Positions 30,741 through 40,028 of a DNA stretch of 64,000 bases are shown here, piece by piece. This DNA comes from Alphaproteobacteria bacterium. GTDB lineage: Bacteria; Pseudomonadota; Alphaproteobacteria; CALKHQ01. The position numbers and the translations under genes are program-made. The stretch lies in the NCBI GenBank assembly GCA_965227515.1, contig CBDDFZ010000001.1, positions 1,792,001 through 1,856,000 of the forward strand, in the 5' to 3' direction. Below the pieces are notes generated by a model. The model saw only the letters and a program-made list of their open reading frames with translations. It was not told the DNA's origin and did not search any database. The stretch's first letter is position 1. Each line of letters opens with the position of its first letter.

Positions 30741-31616
30741 ATGAGCACCGAACACGACGCGCCGGACCCGGCGATCACCATCGCCTTCCAGGGTGAGGCG
30801 GGCGCGAACTCCGACCTGGCCTGCCGCACCGCGTTTCCGGACTGGGTGTCGCTGCCGTGCCGCTCGTTCGAGGATGCGTTCGCGGCGGTGCGCGATGGGC
30901 GCGCCGACCACGCGATGATCGCGGTCGACAATTCGCTCGCCGGCCGGGTGGCCGACGTCCACCACCTGCTGCCCGACGGCGGGCTGTTCATCGTTGGCGA
31001 GCACTTCCAGCCGATCCACCACCAGTTGCTGGCGCTGCCGGGCACGAAGATCGAGGACGTGCGCACGGTCCACAGCCACGTCCACGCGCTCGGCCAGTGC
31101 CGCCGCCTGATCGCGCGGATGGGGGTGCAGGCGGTGGTGGAGGCGGATACGGCGGGTGCGGCGCGGCGCCTGTCGGAGGAGCGCGACCCCACCCAGGCAG
31201 TCATCGCCACCGAGCTGGCCGCCGATATGTACGGCCTGGAGACGCTGGCCGCCAACGTGGAGGACGCGGACCACAACACCACCCGCTTCCTGGTGATGGC
31301 GCGCCAGCGCCGCGACATTCCGGTCAATGCCGGGCCGTGCCTGACCACCTTCCTTTTCCAGGTGCGCTCGGTGCCGGCGGCGCTCTACAAGGCCCTGGGC
31401 GGGTTCGCCACCAACGGCATCAACCTGACCAAGCTGGAAAGCTACCTGATCGGCGGCGCGTTCGTGGCCGCGCAGTTCATCGCCGATGCCGAGGGCCATC
31501 CCGACGAGCGCCTGTTCCGGCTGGCGCTGGAGGAATTGCAGTTCTTCACCGAGCGGGTCAGCATTCTGGGCACCTATCCGGCCGACCCGTTCCGGCAACG
31601 CACGGGGCTGGGATAG
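30741..31616 (+). CDS. pheA: Prephenate dehydratase
   Basis: IAFQGEAGANS, SHVHALGQC, NTTRF and NLTKLESY motifs. Confidence 0.95.
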   Translation: MSTEHDAPDPAITIAFQGEAGANSDLACRTAFPDWVSLPCRSFEDAFAAVRDGRADHAMIAVDNSLAGRVADVHHLLPDGGLFIVGEHFQPIHHQLLALPGTKIEDVRTVHSHVHALGQCRRLIARMGVQAVVEADTAGAARRLSEERDPTQAVIATELAADMYGLETLAANVEDADHNTTRFLVMARQRRDIPVNAGPCLTTFLFQVRSVPAALYKALGGFATNGINLTKLESYLIGGAFVAAQFIADAEGHPDERLFRLALEELQFFTERVSILGTYPADPFRQRTGLG

Positions 31617-31622
31617 CGCGCG

Positions 31623-32432
31623 GTGCCCGACGGACCGGATACGCGCCGCACGTTCCACAGGTTCCGCCTGTCGCCCAGCCTGATCGCGCACGTCTGGAAG
31701 GCCGTCACCCGCCAGTACCATCGCGAGAACCTGCCGGTGTTCGCCACCGTGCTGCCCCGCGACGGCGTGGTGCTGGACGTCGGTGCCCATGCCGGCCAGT
31801 TCACCAAGCTGTTCGCCAAGTTCTGCGACCGGGGGCGGGTGATCTCGTTCGAGCCGGGCACCTATGCGCGCTTCGTGCTGCGCTGCGCGGCCCTGGCGTC
31901 CGCCGCGTGCCGCCGCCGCGCCATGGTGCTGCCGATGGCGGTTGGGGCCGAGATCGGCATGCTCACCCTCAACATCCCGCTGAAGAAGGGGCGCGCGGTC
32001 GGCTTCGGCCTCAGCCAGCTCGGCGACAGCCCCGGCCTGGACAGCCGCTTCGAGATGGAGATCGAGTACGTGCCGGTCACCACCATCGACCATGTCGCCG
32101 AGACGCTCGGGCTTGAGCGGGTCGACTTCATCAAGATGGATATCGAGGGCTACGAGTTGTTCGCGCTGGCCGGCGCGGCGCAAACGCTCGCGACCCACCG
32201 GCCGTGTGTGTTCCTGGAGGTGGCCGACGCGATCCTGGCCCGTACCGGCGCCAAGAACGCGGATGTCTTTGCCTTCTTCGCACCGCGCGACTATGTGGCG
32301 TACAGCGTTGTCGGCAGCCGCGTGGCGCGCGGCGACGGGGCGTCGAACGGCGACTATCTGTTCGTGCCGCGCGAGCGTGCGGACGCCATTGCCGCGTTGG
32401 AGCGGATGGCGGGGGTGCAAGGCGCGGGCTGA
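31623..32432 (+). CDS. FkbM family methyltransferase
   Basis: LDVGAHAG, SFEP and FIKMDIEGYE motifs. Confidence 0.88.
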   Translation: MPDGPDTRRTFHRFRLSPSLIAHVWKAVTRQYHRENLPVFATVLPRDGVVLDVGAHAGQFTKLFAKFCDRGRVISFEPGTYARFVLRCAALASAACRRRAMVLPMAVGAEIGMLTLNIPLKKGRAVGFGLSQLGDSPGLDSRFEMEIEYVPVTTIDHVAETLGLERVDFIKMDIEGYELFALAGAAQTLATHRPCVFLEVADAILARTGAKNADVFAFFAPRDYVAYSVVGSRVARGDGASNGDYLFVPRERADAIAALERMAGVQGAG

Positions 32433-32506
32433 ACGAGCGCGCTTGCCTGCCGGCGAAGAGACCGTATGTTACGCCGCAATTGGCGAGCCCCGGCGGAGTT
32501 TTGATA

Positions 32507-33238
32507 TTGGCCTCACAGTCAGAGACGCAAGCTAGCACGCAGGCGAAGCCGCACAGGTCCCAGATCAATCCGTTCCTGCGCTTCGTGATCGAGGCCGGGC
32601 CGCTGGCCGTGTTCTTCATCCTGAACTCGCGCGGCGAAGACATCCTGGAGGGCCTGGACGGCACCGGGACCGGCGCCTGGATGGCGGAAGCGGGGCTGAA
32701 CCAGGCGATCTTCCTGGCCACTGGCGGTTTCATGCTGGCGACCCTAGTGTCGCTTGGCATCAATTACGCGCTGGAGCACAAGCTGCCAATCATGCCGCTG
32801 GTCACCGGCGTGTTCGTGTTCGCGTTCGGCGGCCTGACGCTCATCCTGCAGGACGAGCTGTTCATCAAGCTGAAGCCGACGATCACCAACACCCTGTTCG
32901 CCGTCATCCTGTTCGGCGGGCTCGCCTTCGGCCGACCGCTGCTCAAGCCCCTGTTCGGCAGCGTGCTGCAACTCACCGACCGTGGCTGGCGGCAAATGAC
33001 CATGCGCTGGGCGAGCTTCTTCGTCGTGCTGGCGGTCCTGAACGAGATCGTGTGGCGCAGCTTCGACACCGACACCTGGGTTGATTTCAAGGTATTCGGC
33101 ATCATGCCGCTGACGATCATCTTCGCGATGGCACAGACCCCGCTGATCAAGCGCGAGATGCTGGAGCCATCCGAAGAAGCCATCGTCGAGGAGGTGGAAG
33201 AGCACGAGAACCGCGCCGCCACCGACCCGAAGGCGTAG
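32507..33238 (+). CDS. ispZ: Septation protein A / YciB
   Basis: EAGPLAVFF, FGGLTL, FIKLKPT, NEIVWR and WVDFKVFG motifs; start approximate. Confidence 0.9.
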   Translation: MASQSETQASTQAKPHRSQINPFLRFVIEAGPLAVFFILNSRGEDILEGLDGTGTGAWMAEAGLNQAIFLATGGFMLATLVSLGINYALEHKLPIMPLVTGVFVFAFGGLTLILQDELFIKLKPTITNTLFAVILFGGLAFGRPLLKPLFGSVLQLTDRGWRQMTMRWASFFVVLAVLNEIVWRSFDTDTWVDFKVFGIMPLTIIFAMAQTPLIKREMLEPSEEAIVEEVEEHENRAATDPKA

Positions 33239-33246
33239 TCTTCAGT

Positions 33247-34875
33247 TCACTCGCCAAATGGCAGGTCGATGCGCTTGATCCAGCCGAAGGGCGCGCGGTA
33301 GGAGCCGCCGGTGTAGGCCACCATCAGGTCGCCATCCGGGGTCTCTGCGATGGAGCCGGCGTAGGCCAGGTCGAACGACGGGTCTCCCGCTGGGTGCAGC
33401 ACCTCCCATTCGATGCGCCACACCTCAAAGCCGGTCTCGTCCAGCAACGAGACGAACATCGCGCTCTGTCCCGGCGGGCGCATCGCGTAGCCGGTCTGCC
33501 AGACCGCGCCTTCGCGCGCAGGCGCCAGACCGCCGACGAAGTCGACACCGGCGGCGATGCGCGCGTCGTGCTCTGCCTCGGTCTCGTTGGCGAGGTCGTC
33601 CAGGGTCAGCGGCATGCCACGGCGCCACACTTCCTGGCCCGCGCCGTCGACCATCGACACGATGGACCAGTGCCTGACCGACATGACATCGAACAACAGG
33701 TAGCGTAGGGCGGTCCCCCCATCGTCGAGTGGGACGATCTGGGCCATATCCTGGCTGTAGTCGCAGTCCAACAGCGCGGCGGCGGCGTCCGCGCCAATCG
33801 GCACCACCGCCTGGAGCACGCCATCGGCGCCCAGGTCGGCGAGCCAGCGGTGGGCAATGGCCGGGTCGTCGCTTTCGTCGTCGGCCCGCAGCAGCACGCG
33901 GACACCGCCGTCGGGCAGGGCCGCCGTCGCCATCGGCCACATCTCCGCCGCGCCGTCGACGCCTTCACCCGTCCAACGCCACTGCTCCGTGCCGCCGGGT
34001 CCGATGGCCGTGACCAGCGGACCGGTGCCGCCATCGGCTGGCGAACTGCCGGCTGCTACCACGATGATGCCGCCGCCGATGCCGGCCAGGGCCCGCACCG
34101 GCTGGTCGAACGACAGGTCGTGGCGCACGCGCGTGTCGCCGCCGATCAGCCAAACCTCGAACATCTCGTCGGGCCGTTGCAGCGCGATGGCAACGCCGTC
34201 CGACCAGCGCGAAGCTGCACACAGGCGCCCCGGCAGGACCGTTTGATCGAGCACGACGCCGGTCGGGCCGAGCCGGGCGACGAAGATTTCGCCGTCCTGG
34301 AACAGGCTCGACTGACCGACCGCCAGTGTCTGGTGGTCGTCACGCACGAACGCGGCGCGCGCGACGCCGATGTCGCCGTCCTCGCCGAATGGGTTGCCGG
34401 TGCCGGCGCCGAAATTGACCTGCCACTCGCAAGGTGTCGCACACGGGTTGGCCATCGGCCGCGGCGGCGCGGTTTCCTCCACCGCGACCGCCACCGCCTC
34501 ATCGGTGTCGATGTCCTCGACCGCAACCACATCAACCTGAGGCATTTCGGGCAGCGGCGGCGGGCCGTTCAGCAACAGGTCGTACGCGCGGCGAACCGCC
34601 CAGGGCTGGAAACTGCCGATGCCATGGCCACCTTCCAATGCCGTGGCGATCTCGCTGTCCGGATACGCGGCGACGATGGTGTCGAGCAGCGCGATGGCCT
34701 CTTCGTACATATCCAGTGCTGCGTCCGGCGGTGCGCCACGGGCAAACTCCGCCAGCATTGCGGCTTCCACGAACATGGCGTTGGCGTCGCCCGACGTGTC
34801 CGCCGCCGCCGGGCCGATGAATGCGGAGGATGCGGCGAGAACGGTTGCCGCGAGGGCGAGGCGCGCGCGGTTCAT
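33247..34875 (-). CDS. Secreted protein, helical N-domain + predicted beta-propeller (third paralog in operon order)
   Basis: Signal peptide; ANAMFVEA...LDTIVAAYPDSEIA...IGSFQPW; NPC...CEW; repeated G..xW strands. Confidence 0.75.
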   Translation of the reverse strand: MNRARLALAATVLAASSAFIGPAAADTSGDANAMFVEAAMLAEFARGAPPDAALDMYEEAIALLDTIVAAYPDSEIATALEGGHGIGSFQPWAVRRAYDLLLNGPPPLPEMPQVDVVAVEDIDTDEAVAVAVEETAPPRPMANPCATPCEWQVNFGAGTGNPFGEDGDIGVARAAFVRDDHQTLAVGQSSLFQDGEIFVARLGPTGVVLDQTVLPGRLCAASRWSDGVAIALQRPDEMFEVWLIGGDTRVRHDLSFDQPVRALAGIGGGIIVVAAGSSPADGGTGPLVTAIGPGGTEQWRWTGEGVDGAAEMWPMATAALPDGGVRVLLRADDESDDPAIAHRWLADLGADGVLQAVVPIGADAAAALLDCDYSQDMAQIVPLDDGGTALRYLLFDVMSVRHWSIVSMVDGAGQEVWRRGMPLTLDDLANETEAEHDARIAAGVDFVGGLAPAREGAVWQTGYAMRPPGQSAMFVSLLDETGFEVWRIEWEVLHPAGDPSFDLAYAGSIAETPDGDLMVAYTGGSYRAPFGWIKRIDLPFGE

Positions 34876-36458
34876 TGCGCGGTCGCGCCCGCCGGTACGT
34901 CGATGCGCTTGACCCAGCCAATCGGCTCCATTCTGATCAAACCGGCGGTGTAAGCGATAACGACATCGCCGTCCGGCGTTTCGGCGATCGACGCCGGGCG
35001 AATATCTGACCGGTCGCGTTCCCACTCAAGGTCGAACACCTGCCACTCGTGGCGCCACGTCTCGGTGCCGTCCGCCAGTAGGTGCGCGGCGTAGACCGAG
35101 CTGTTGCCCCCGGGGCGCGCGATCAGCCCCGCGATCCAGAGTCCACCATCGCTAGCGGCGCCCATGGCGTTGATCTCCTCGGCGACATACTCCTCCGGCG
35201 GCTCGAACTCCTCGATTGGATCGCCCGGCATCAGGACCTCTGGGGCGAGACGCTGCCATGCCAGTGCACCATCCGGGCCAAAGCGGGCCAGTACGGTCGT
35301 AATGGCGCCGCCAATGCCCTGGGACATGTGGCGGATGGCCCAGCCACCATCGGCCATGACGGCGATCTGTTCGATGCGCAGGGCGAAATCGCAGATTTCA
35401 CTACGGAGCTTGGGCAAGGCACCTGCGTCGAGCACGCTCTTCAACGCACCGTCGGGATAGAGGTCGACCATCAGGCGGCGGGCGAGCGCCTGCCCGTCGT
35501 CGGCTTGCTCGGTGCGCTGCACCAGCACACGCACCCCGCCGGTGGGCGGCAATGTGACCGCCGTGGCCGTGGCGTTGCGTGACGAAAATGCGTCGGTTCC
35601 GTCCCATCGCCATAGCGCGGCGCCATCGGGGCCGAAGGCGGAGACAAGCGGGTCGCTGCCGACCACAACCACCATGCCATCCGGCATCACGGCCTCGTCC
35701 CAGGGCACATCGCCCAGCGCTGCCGTTGCCACAACCTGCCCATCGGCGTTCGTCAGCACCATCTGCTCGCCGTCATCCGCCGTGCCGACGATCAGTCCGG
35801 ACTCGCGCTCCGCCGCGCTGCACAACAGCCCCGGCAGTTCCGATGTCGATTGCACCGTGCCGTCCGGGCTGAGTTCGGCGATGAAGATGTGGTTGCCGTC
35901 ATTATCCCAGGCCTGGCCGACGACAGTGAAACTGTGGTCGGGGTGGGGAAAGACATGCCGTACCGTGGCAGCGTCCGCATCCTCGCCCGGCCTCATCAGG
36001 GACGTGCCGGTGCCGAAATTGACCTCCCACGCGCAGTGCGCGCCGCAGGGGTTGGCGGCAACCTCGACCGGCTCGTCGGACGCGGGCGGCTCCATGGCGG
36101 CCTGCAGCGCCGCGTAGGCCTGGCGGACCGTCCATGGCTGAAAGCTGCCGATCGGCTGATGGGTGACCAGCGCGACCGCGATGTCGCTCTCGGGGAAGTC
36201 GGTGACGATGGCGTCGAGCCGGGCGATGGCGCGGACATATAGATGGATCGCCTCTTCCGGCGGCGCGGTCCGCGCCTGCTCTGAGAACTGCACCGCCTCC
36301 ACCAGCAGCGCATTGGCGTCGCTCAGCGGCTCGGCGACCGCGATGCCGGATGGTGCGACGCCGGTTAGTGCGAGACCCGACAGCGCCGTACCGGCCGCCA
36401 CCGCCGCCCCACACAAGATTTGCTTGCAGCGTGCGTTGCATCGGGTCATCGGCTTCAC
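34872..36458 (-). CDS. Secreted protein, helical N-domain + predicted beta-propeller (second paralog)
   Basis: ANALLVEA...LDAIVTDFPESDIA...QPIGSFQPW; NPCGAHCAW; stop overlaps the next start. Confidence 0.75.
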   Translation of the reverse strand: MKPMTRCNARCKQILCGAAVAAGTALSGLALTGVAPSGIAVAEPLSDANALLVEAVQFSEQARTAPPEEAIHLYVRAIARLDAIVTDFPESDIAVALVTHQPIGSFQPWTVRQAYAALQAAMEPPASDEPVEVAANPCGAHCAWEVNFGTGTSLMRPGEDADAATVRHVFPHPDHSFTVVGQAWDNDGNHIFIAELSPDGTVQSTSELPGLLCSAAERESGLIVGTADDGEQMVLTNADGQVVATAALGDVPWDEAVMPDGMVVVVGSDPLVSAFGPDGAALWRWDGTDAFSSRNATATAVTLPPTGGVRVLVQRTEQADDGQALARRLMVDLYPDGALKSVLDAGALPKLRSEICDFALRIEQIAVMADGGWAIRHMSQGIGGAITTVLARFGPDGALAWQRLAPEVLMPGDPIEEFEPPEEYVAEEINAMGAASDGGLWIAGLIARPGGNSSVYAAHLLADGTETWRHEWQVFDLEWERDRSDIRPASIAETPDGDVVIAYTAGLIRMEPIGWVKRIDVPAGATAQ

Positions 36459-38017
36459 TCCCCTGTCGCCAGATCGATTCGGAACACCCGCGCGCCAAGC
36501 TGGAAGGTTCTCAGCCCGTCGCCGACGGCGATCAACGCATCTCCATCCGGCGTGATGTCCAGGCCTGACAACAGGCCGTCGATGGCGCGGTCGTCATCGT
36601 CGGTGCGCCGCAGGTCGATGCGCCGCAGGACATCGCCGGTGGCGCTGTCCAGCACTTGCGCGAAGCCACCGCCACGGCGCATTGGCGCGTGGTTGAACCC
36701 GGTCATCAGCAAGTTTCCGCCTTGGGTGACCGCGACGGCATGCAGGTCATCGGGCCCCAATTCGATGCGCGCTTCGGCTTCTTCCGGTGCCTCGTCGGCG
36801 GGCGGCAACTCAGGGAAGCCGCGGCTCCACCTGAACAAGCCTGCGGGATCGAATCGCAAAATGGATGTGGTGCGCACCCGTTCGCCCACTTCGTGGGGGA
36901 ACACCAGTGTCATGCCACCGTCGGCCATCGGCAGCACATAGTTCGTTTGCCACCCGAAATTGCAATCGGGCGTGCCCACACCATTGATGATCGAGACCTC
37001 CATAAGGTCGACCTGTGTCCCGGCGGCATTGAGCTTCGCGAGCCAAATCTGTTCCTGGCCTCTTGGCTCGCCGGGCAGTTCGACCGACACCATCACGGCA
37101 CTGCCGCCATCGGGCAGGGCAGTCACCGCGACGGCCGCCGTGTTGAGGGCGGGCTCGATCTCACTGCCGCGCCACGTCCACATGCTGTTGCCATCGGCGT
37201 CGAACGCTTGCACCAAGGGCCGGTACAGGAACGTGTCGCCGTCGATGAATTCTCCGGCTGCGAGGATTGTGCCGTCCTGCGCGGCAGACAGCCCGTAGTA
37301 ATTCGATCTGGGCGCACCGGCGCGCGACCAGGCAATGTCGCCGTCGGCGTCGACCCGTGCGATCGCGTGGTCGTCGTCGCTCTCCACCACCAGCGCGGCG
37401 CCGTCGCCGGCCGGCACCGCAACACACACGTCGCCCTGATGCTCCTTGGTCCACAAGATCTCGCCGAACGGGTCCAACCCGTAGACGGCGATGGTCCCCT
37501 CTGGCCGGGCGTAGCGGGTGCCGATGACCAAGGCGCCATGATCGGAACGCGCCGTGACGGCCTGGAAAAACATCCCAAGGTCGCCGTCCACCTCGGGGTC
37601 CGCGGCTCCTGTCGACAGCTCCCATTCACACGGATCGCCGCACGGGTTCTCACCGATTTCGGGGAGATCGGCGGATGCATCGGCCTCGGCGCTGGCGCCG
37701 GCTTGCGCCGCCAGCCGTTGGCGCTCGTGGCGCACGATCCAGGGCTGGAAATGGCCGATGGGCTGGTCGGTGACCAGTAGCACCGCGAGTTCGGTGCGCG
37801 GATAAAGCTCGACGATCAGGTCCAGGTGGGCGACGGCCTCGATATAGGCCAGCAGCGCCTCGTTCGGGGGCATGGTGCGGGCGCGGTCGCTGATCTCGAT
37901 CGCCCGGTCGAGCAAGTACTGCGCCTCGTCAACGTCGTCGGCGTTTGCAGGCAAGCCGGCGGCCGCGATGCAGGCCGCGAACGTGACTGCCGCGATTGCG
38001 TTACCTCCACCCCACAT
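36455..38017 (-). CDS. Secreted protein, helical N-domain + predicted beta-propeller (first paralog)
   Basis: LDLIVELYPRTELA...QPIGHFQPW; NPCGDPCEW; D..G...W repeats. Confidence 0.75.
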   Translation of the reverse strand: MWGGGNAIAAVTFAACIAAAGLPANADDVDEAQYLLDRAIEISDRARTMPPNEALLAYIEAVAHLDLIVELYPRTELAVLLVTDQPIGHFQPWIVRHERQRLAAQAGASAEADASADLPEIGENPCGDPCEWELSTGAADPEVDGDLGMFFQAVTARSDHGALVIGTRYARPEGTIAVYGLDPFGEILWTKEHQGDVCVAVPAGDGAALVVESDDDHAIARVDADGDIAWSRAGAPRSNYYGLSAAQDGTILAAGEFIDGDTFLYRPLVQAFDADGNSMWTWRGSEIEPALNTAAVAVTALPDGGSAVMVSVELPGEPRGQEQIWLAKLNAAGTQVDLMEVSIINGVGTPDCNFGWQTNYVLPMADGGMTLVFPHEVGERVRTTSILRFDPAGLFRWSRGFPELPPADEAPEEAEARIELGPDDLHAVAVTQGGNLLMTGFNHAPMRRGGGFAQVLDSATGDVLRRIDLRRTDDDDRAIDGLLSGLDITPDGDALIAVGDGLRTFQLGARVFRIDLATGE

Positions 38018-38111
38018 GGCTGGCCCCCTTGCCGGTTGCTATGCGGGGCGCACCGTAGCAAGCTGGCTGGCTGGCGGCAAAGCGAACCGGCAGTCGGCGG
38101 GGACAACCCGG

Positions 38112-39296
38112 TCAGGCGGCGGATGAGATCCAACCGCCGCCGAGCACGCGGTCGGCGCCAGCGGCGTCATAGAGCACGCCGGCCTGGCCGGGCGCGATGC
38201 CGAACTGGGGTTCCGCCAGGGTGAGGTCGATGCCGCCGGCGTCGTTGGCCACGGCGTGCGCCTTCGCCGGCGGCGCGGTCGAGCGCAGCTTCACCTGAAC
38301 GTCGATGCCCTCGCCTGGGCCCCCGCCTGGACCCCGGTCGGGCAGGGGGGGCGCCAGCCAGTTGATCTCGCGCAGGCGCACGGTGCGCCGGGCCAGGGCC
38401 GACTTCGGGCCGACCACCACGCGGTGCGCCTCCGGCTCCAGGCGCACGACATAGAGCCGGTCGCTGGCATCCCCGTCGACCCCGCCGACACCGATGCCCC
38501 GGCGCTGGCCGATGGTGTAGTGGATGATGCCCTCGTGCCGGCCGAGCACCCGGCCGTCGACGTGGACGATATCGCCGGGTTCAGCGGCACCGGGCCTGAG
38601 CTTCTCCACCACCCGGGCGTAGGAGCCGTTGGGCACGAAGCAGATGTCCTGGCTGTCCGGCTTGGCGGCCACCGGCAGGGCGAAACGGTCGGCAAGCGCG
38701 CGGGTCTCGGTCTTCGGCAGGTCGCCGAGCGGGAAGCGCAGATAGTCGAGCTGTTCGGCCGTGGTGGCGAACAGGAAATAGCTCTGGTCGCGGCTGTCGT
38801 CGACGGCACGGCGAAGTTCGGACCCGTCTGGACCCACGGTGCGGCGGACATAGTGGCCGGTGGCCAGCGCATCGCCGCCCAGGTCGCGCGCGGTGGCCAT
38901 CAGGTCGCGGAACTTGACCGTCTGGTTGCAGCGCACGCACGGAATGGGGGTCTCGCCGCGCAAATAGCTGTCGGCGAAGTCGTCGATCACCGACTGGCGG
39001 AACCGGCTCTCATAGTCGAGCACGTAGTGCGGGATGCCGATGGTCTCGGCGACCCGGCGCGCGTCGTGGATGTCCTGCCCGGCGCAGCACGCACCTTTGC
39101 GGGCCGTAGTGGCAGCGCCATGGTCGTAGAGCTGCAGCGTGATGCCGACCACGTCGTAGCCCGCCTCGCGCATCAGGGCCGCCGTCACCGAGCTGTCGAC
39201 CCCCCCGGACATGGCGACGACCACGCGCGTGTCGGCGGGCGCTTTGTGCGGCGCCACCGGCGGCATGGCTGGCATCTGGGGCAGGATCGCGTTCAT
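38112..39296 (-). CDS. mnmA: tRNA 2-thiouridine(34) synthase
   Basis: [36 protein letters not shown] and TIGQRRG motifs; start approximate. Confidence 0.96.
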   Translation of the reverse strand: MNAILPQMPAMPPVAPHKAPADTRVVVAMSGGVDSSVTAALMREAGYDVVGITLQLYDHGAATTARKGACCAGQDIHDARRVAETIGIPHYVLDYESRFRQSVIDDFADSYLRGETPIPCVRCNQTVKFRDLMATARDLGGDALATGHYVRRTVGPDGSELRRAVDDSRDQSYFLFATTAEQLDYLRFPLGDLPKTETRALADRFALPVAAKPDSQDICFVPNGSYARVVEKLRPGAAEPGDIVHVDGRVLGRHEGIIHYTIGQRRGIGVGGVDGDASDRLYVVRLEPEAHRVVVGPKSALARRTVRLREINWLAPPLPDRGPGGGPGEGIDVQVKLRSTAPPAKAHAVANDAGGIDLTLAEPQFGIAPGQAGVLYDAAGADRVLGGGWISSAA

Positions 39297-39400
39297 GGGG
39301 TGGGTATATAGGGGCAGGATTGGGCCGTTGCCAGCTGCTGACAACCATCGTGGCGACCTAATTAGATCGCACTAACCCAATGTTTGCCGATAACTGTCAA

Positions 39401-39793
39401 CTAACACTCTACGCTAAAGGCTCCAAACCAACTAACTTCGAAAAAAAGTACGGCCATCAGAGGCCACACTGCTAACGTACCCACAAACCATAGTGTAAGC
39501 TCATTTCTCACTATTGCAAATATCAATATGTCGAGAATCAATCCGACTACTATTGCGATTACAAATAAGCCAATTGCCAATTCCCATGTATTATCGTATC
39601 CATACGCGACTAGGAATGTGATCGCAAGTATCAGAGAAATAATTCCAGTTAGATCAACAAGTGCATTGATTGTTTGGCTGGAGCCCTGCAAGCCTTTTCT
39701 ATGTGCATTTATCCATCTTTGATTGAAAAAGCGCATCGAGCCAAACACAACAAAGATTATTATGATTCGCAGCTCAGGAATAAACTGATCCAC
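39401..39793 (-). CDS. Low-GC hypothetical 4-TM membrane protein
   Basis: 130-aa ORF with four hydrophobic segments in a markedly AT-rich patch; GGAG upstream of the GTG start. Confidence 0.6.
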   Translation of the reverse strand: MDQFIPELRIIIIFVVFGSMRFFNQRWINAHRKGLQGSSQTINALVDLTGIISLILAITFLVAYGYDNTWELAIGLFVIAIVVGLILDILIFAIVRNELTLWFVGTLAVWPLMAVLFFEVSWFGAFSVEC

Positions 39794-40028
39794 GTTCCAA
39801 CTCCGCCGTCGGTTTTGGGCTCAATCGATCAATGCGCAGGCCTTTGGTGGCGACAAATTCGCAGTCGGACGCCTGCACTCTCAGGGTGATACATCGGTTG
39901 AATCTCAACGTCTTGCGAGCATAGCATGGGCTACCGCTGCTCGCCAATTCCCCCAACCCACGAAATACGCTACGCTCAATTGGCCGTGCCGGCTCGACCC
40001 GGTTGCGGCCAAGAATGACTTGGGAGGT

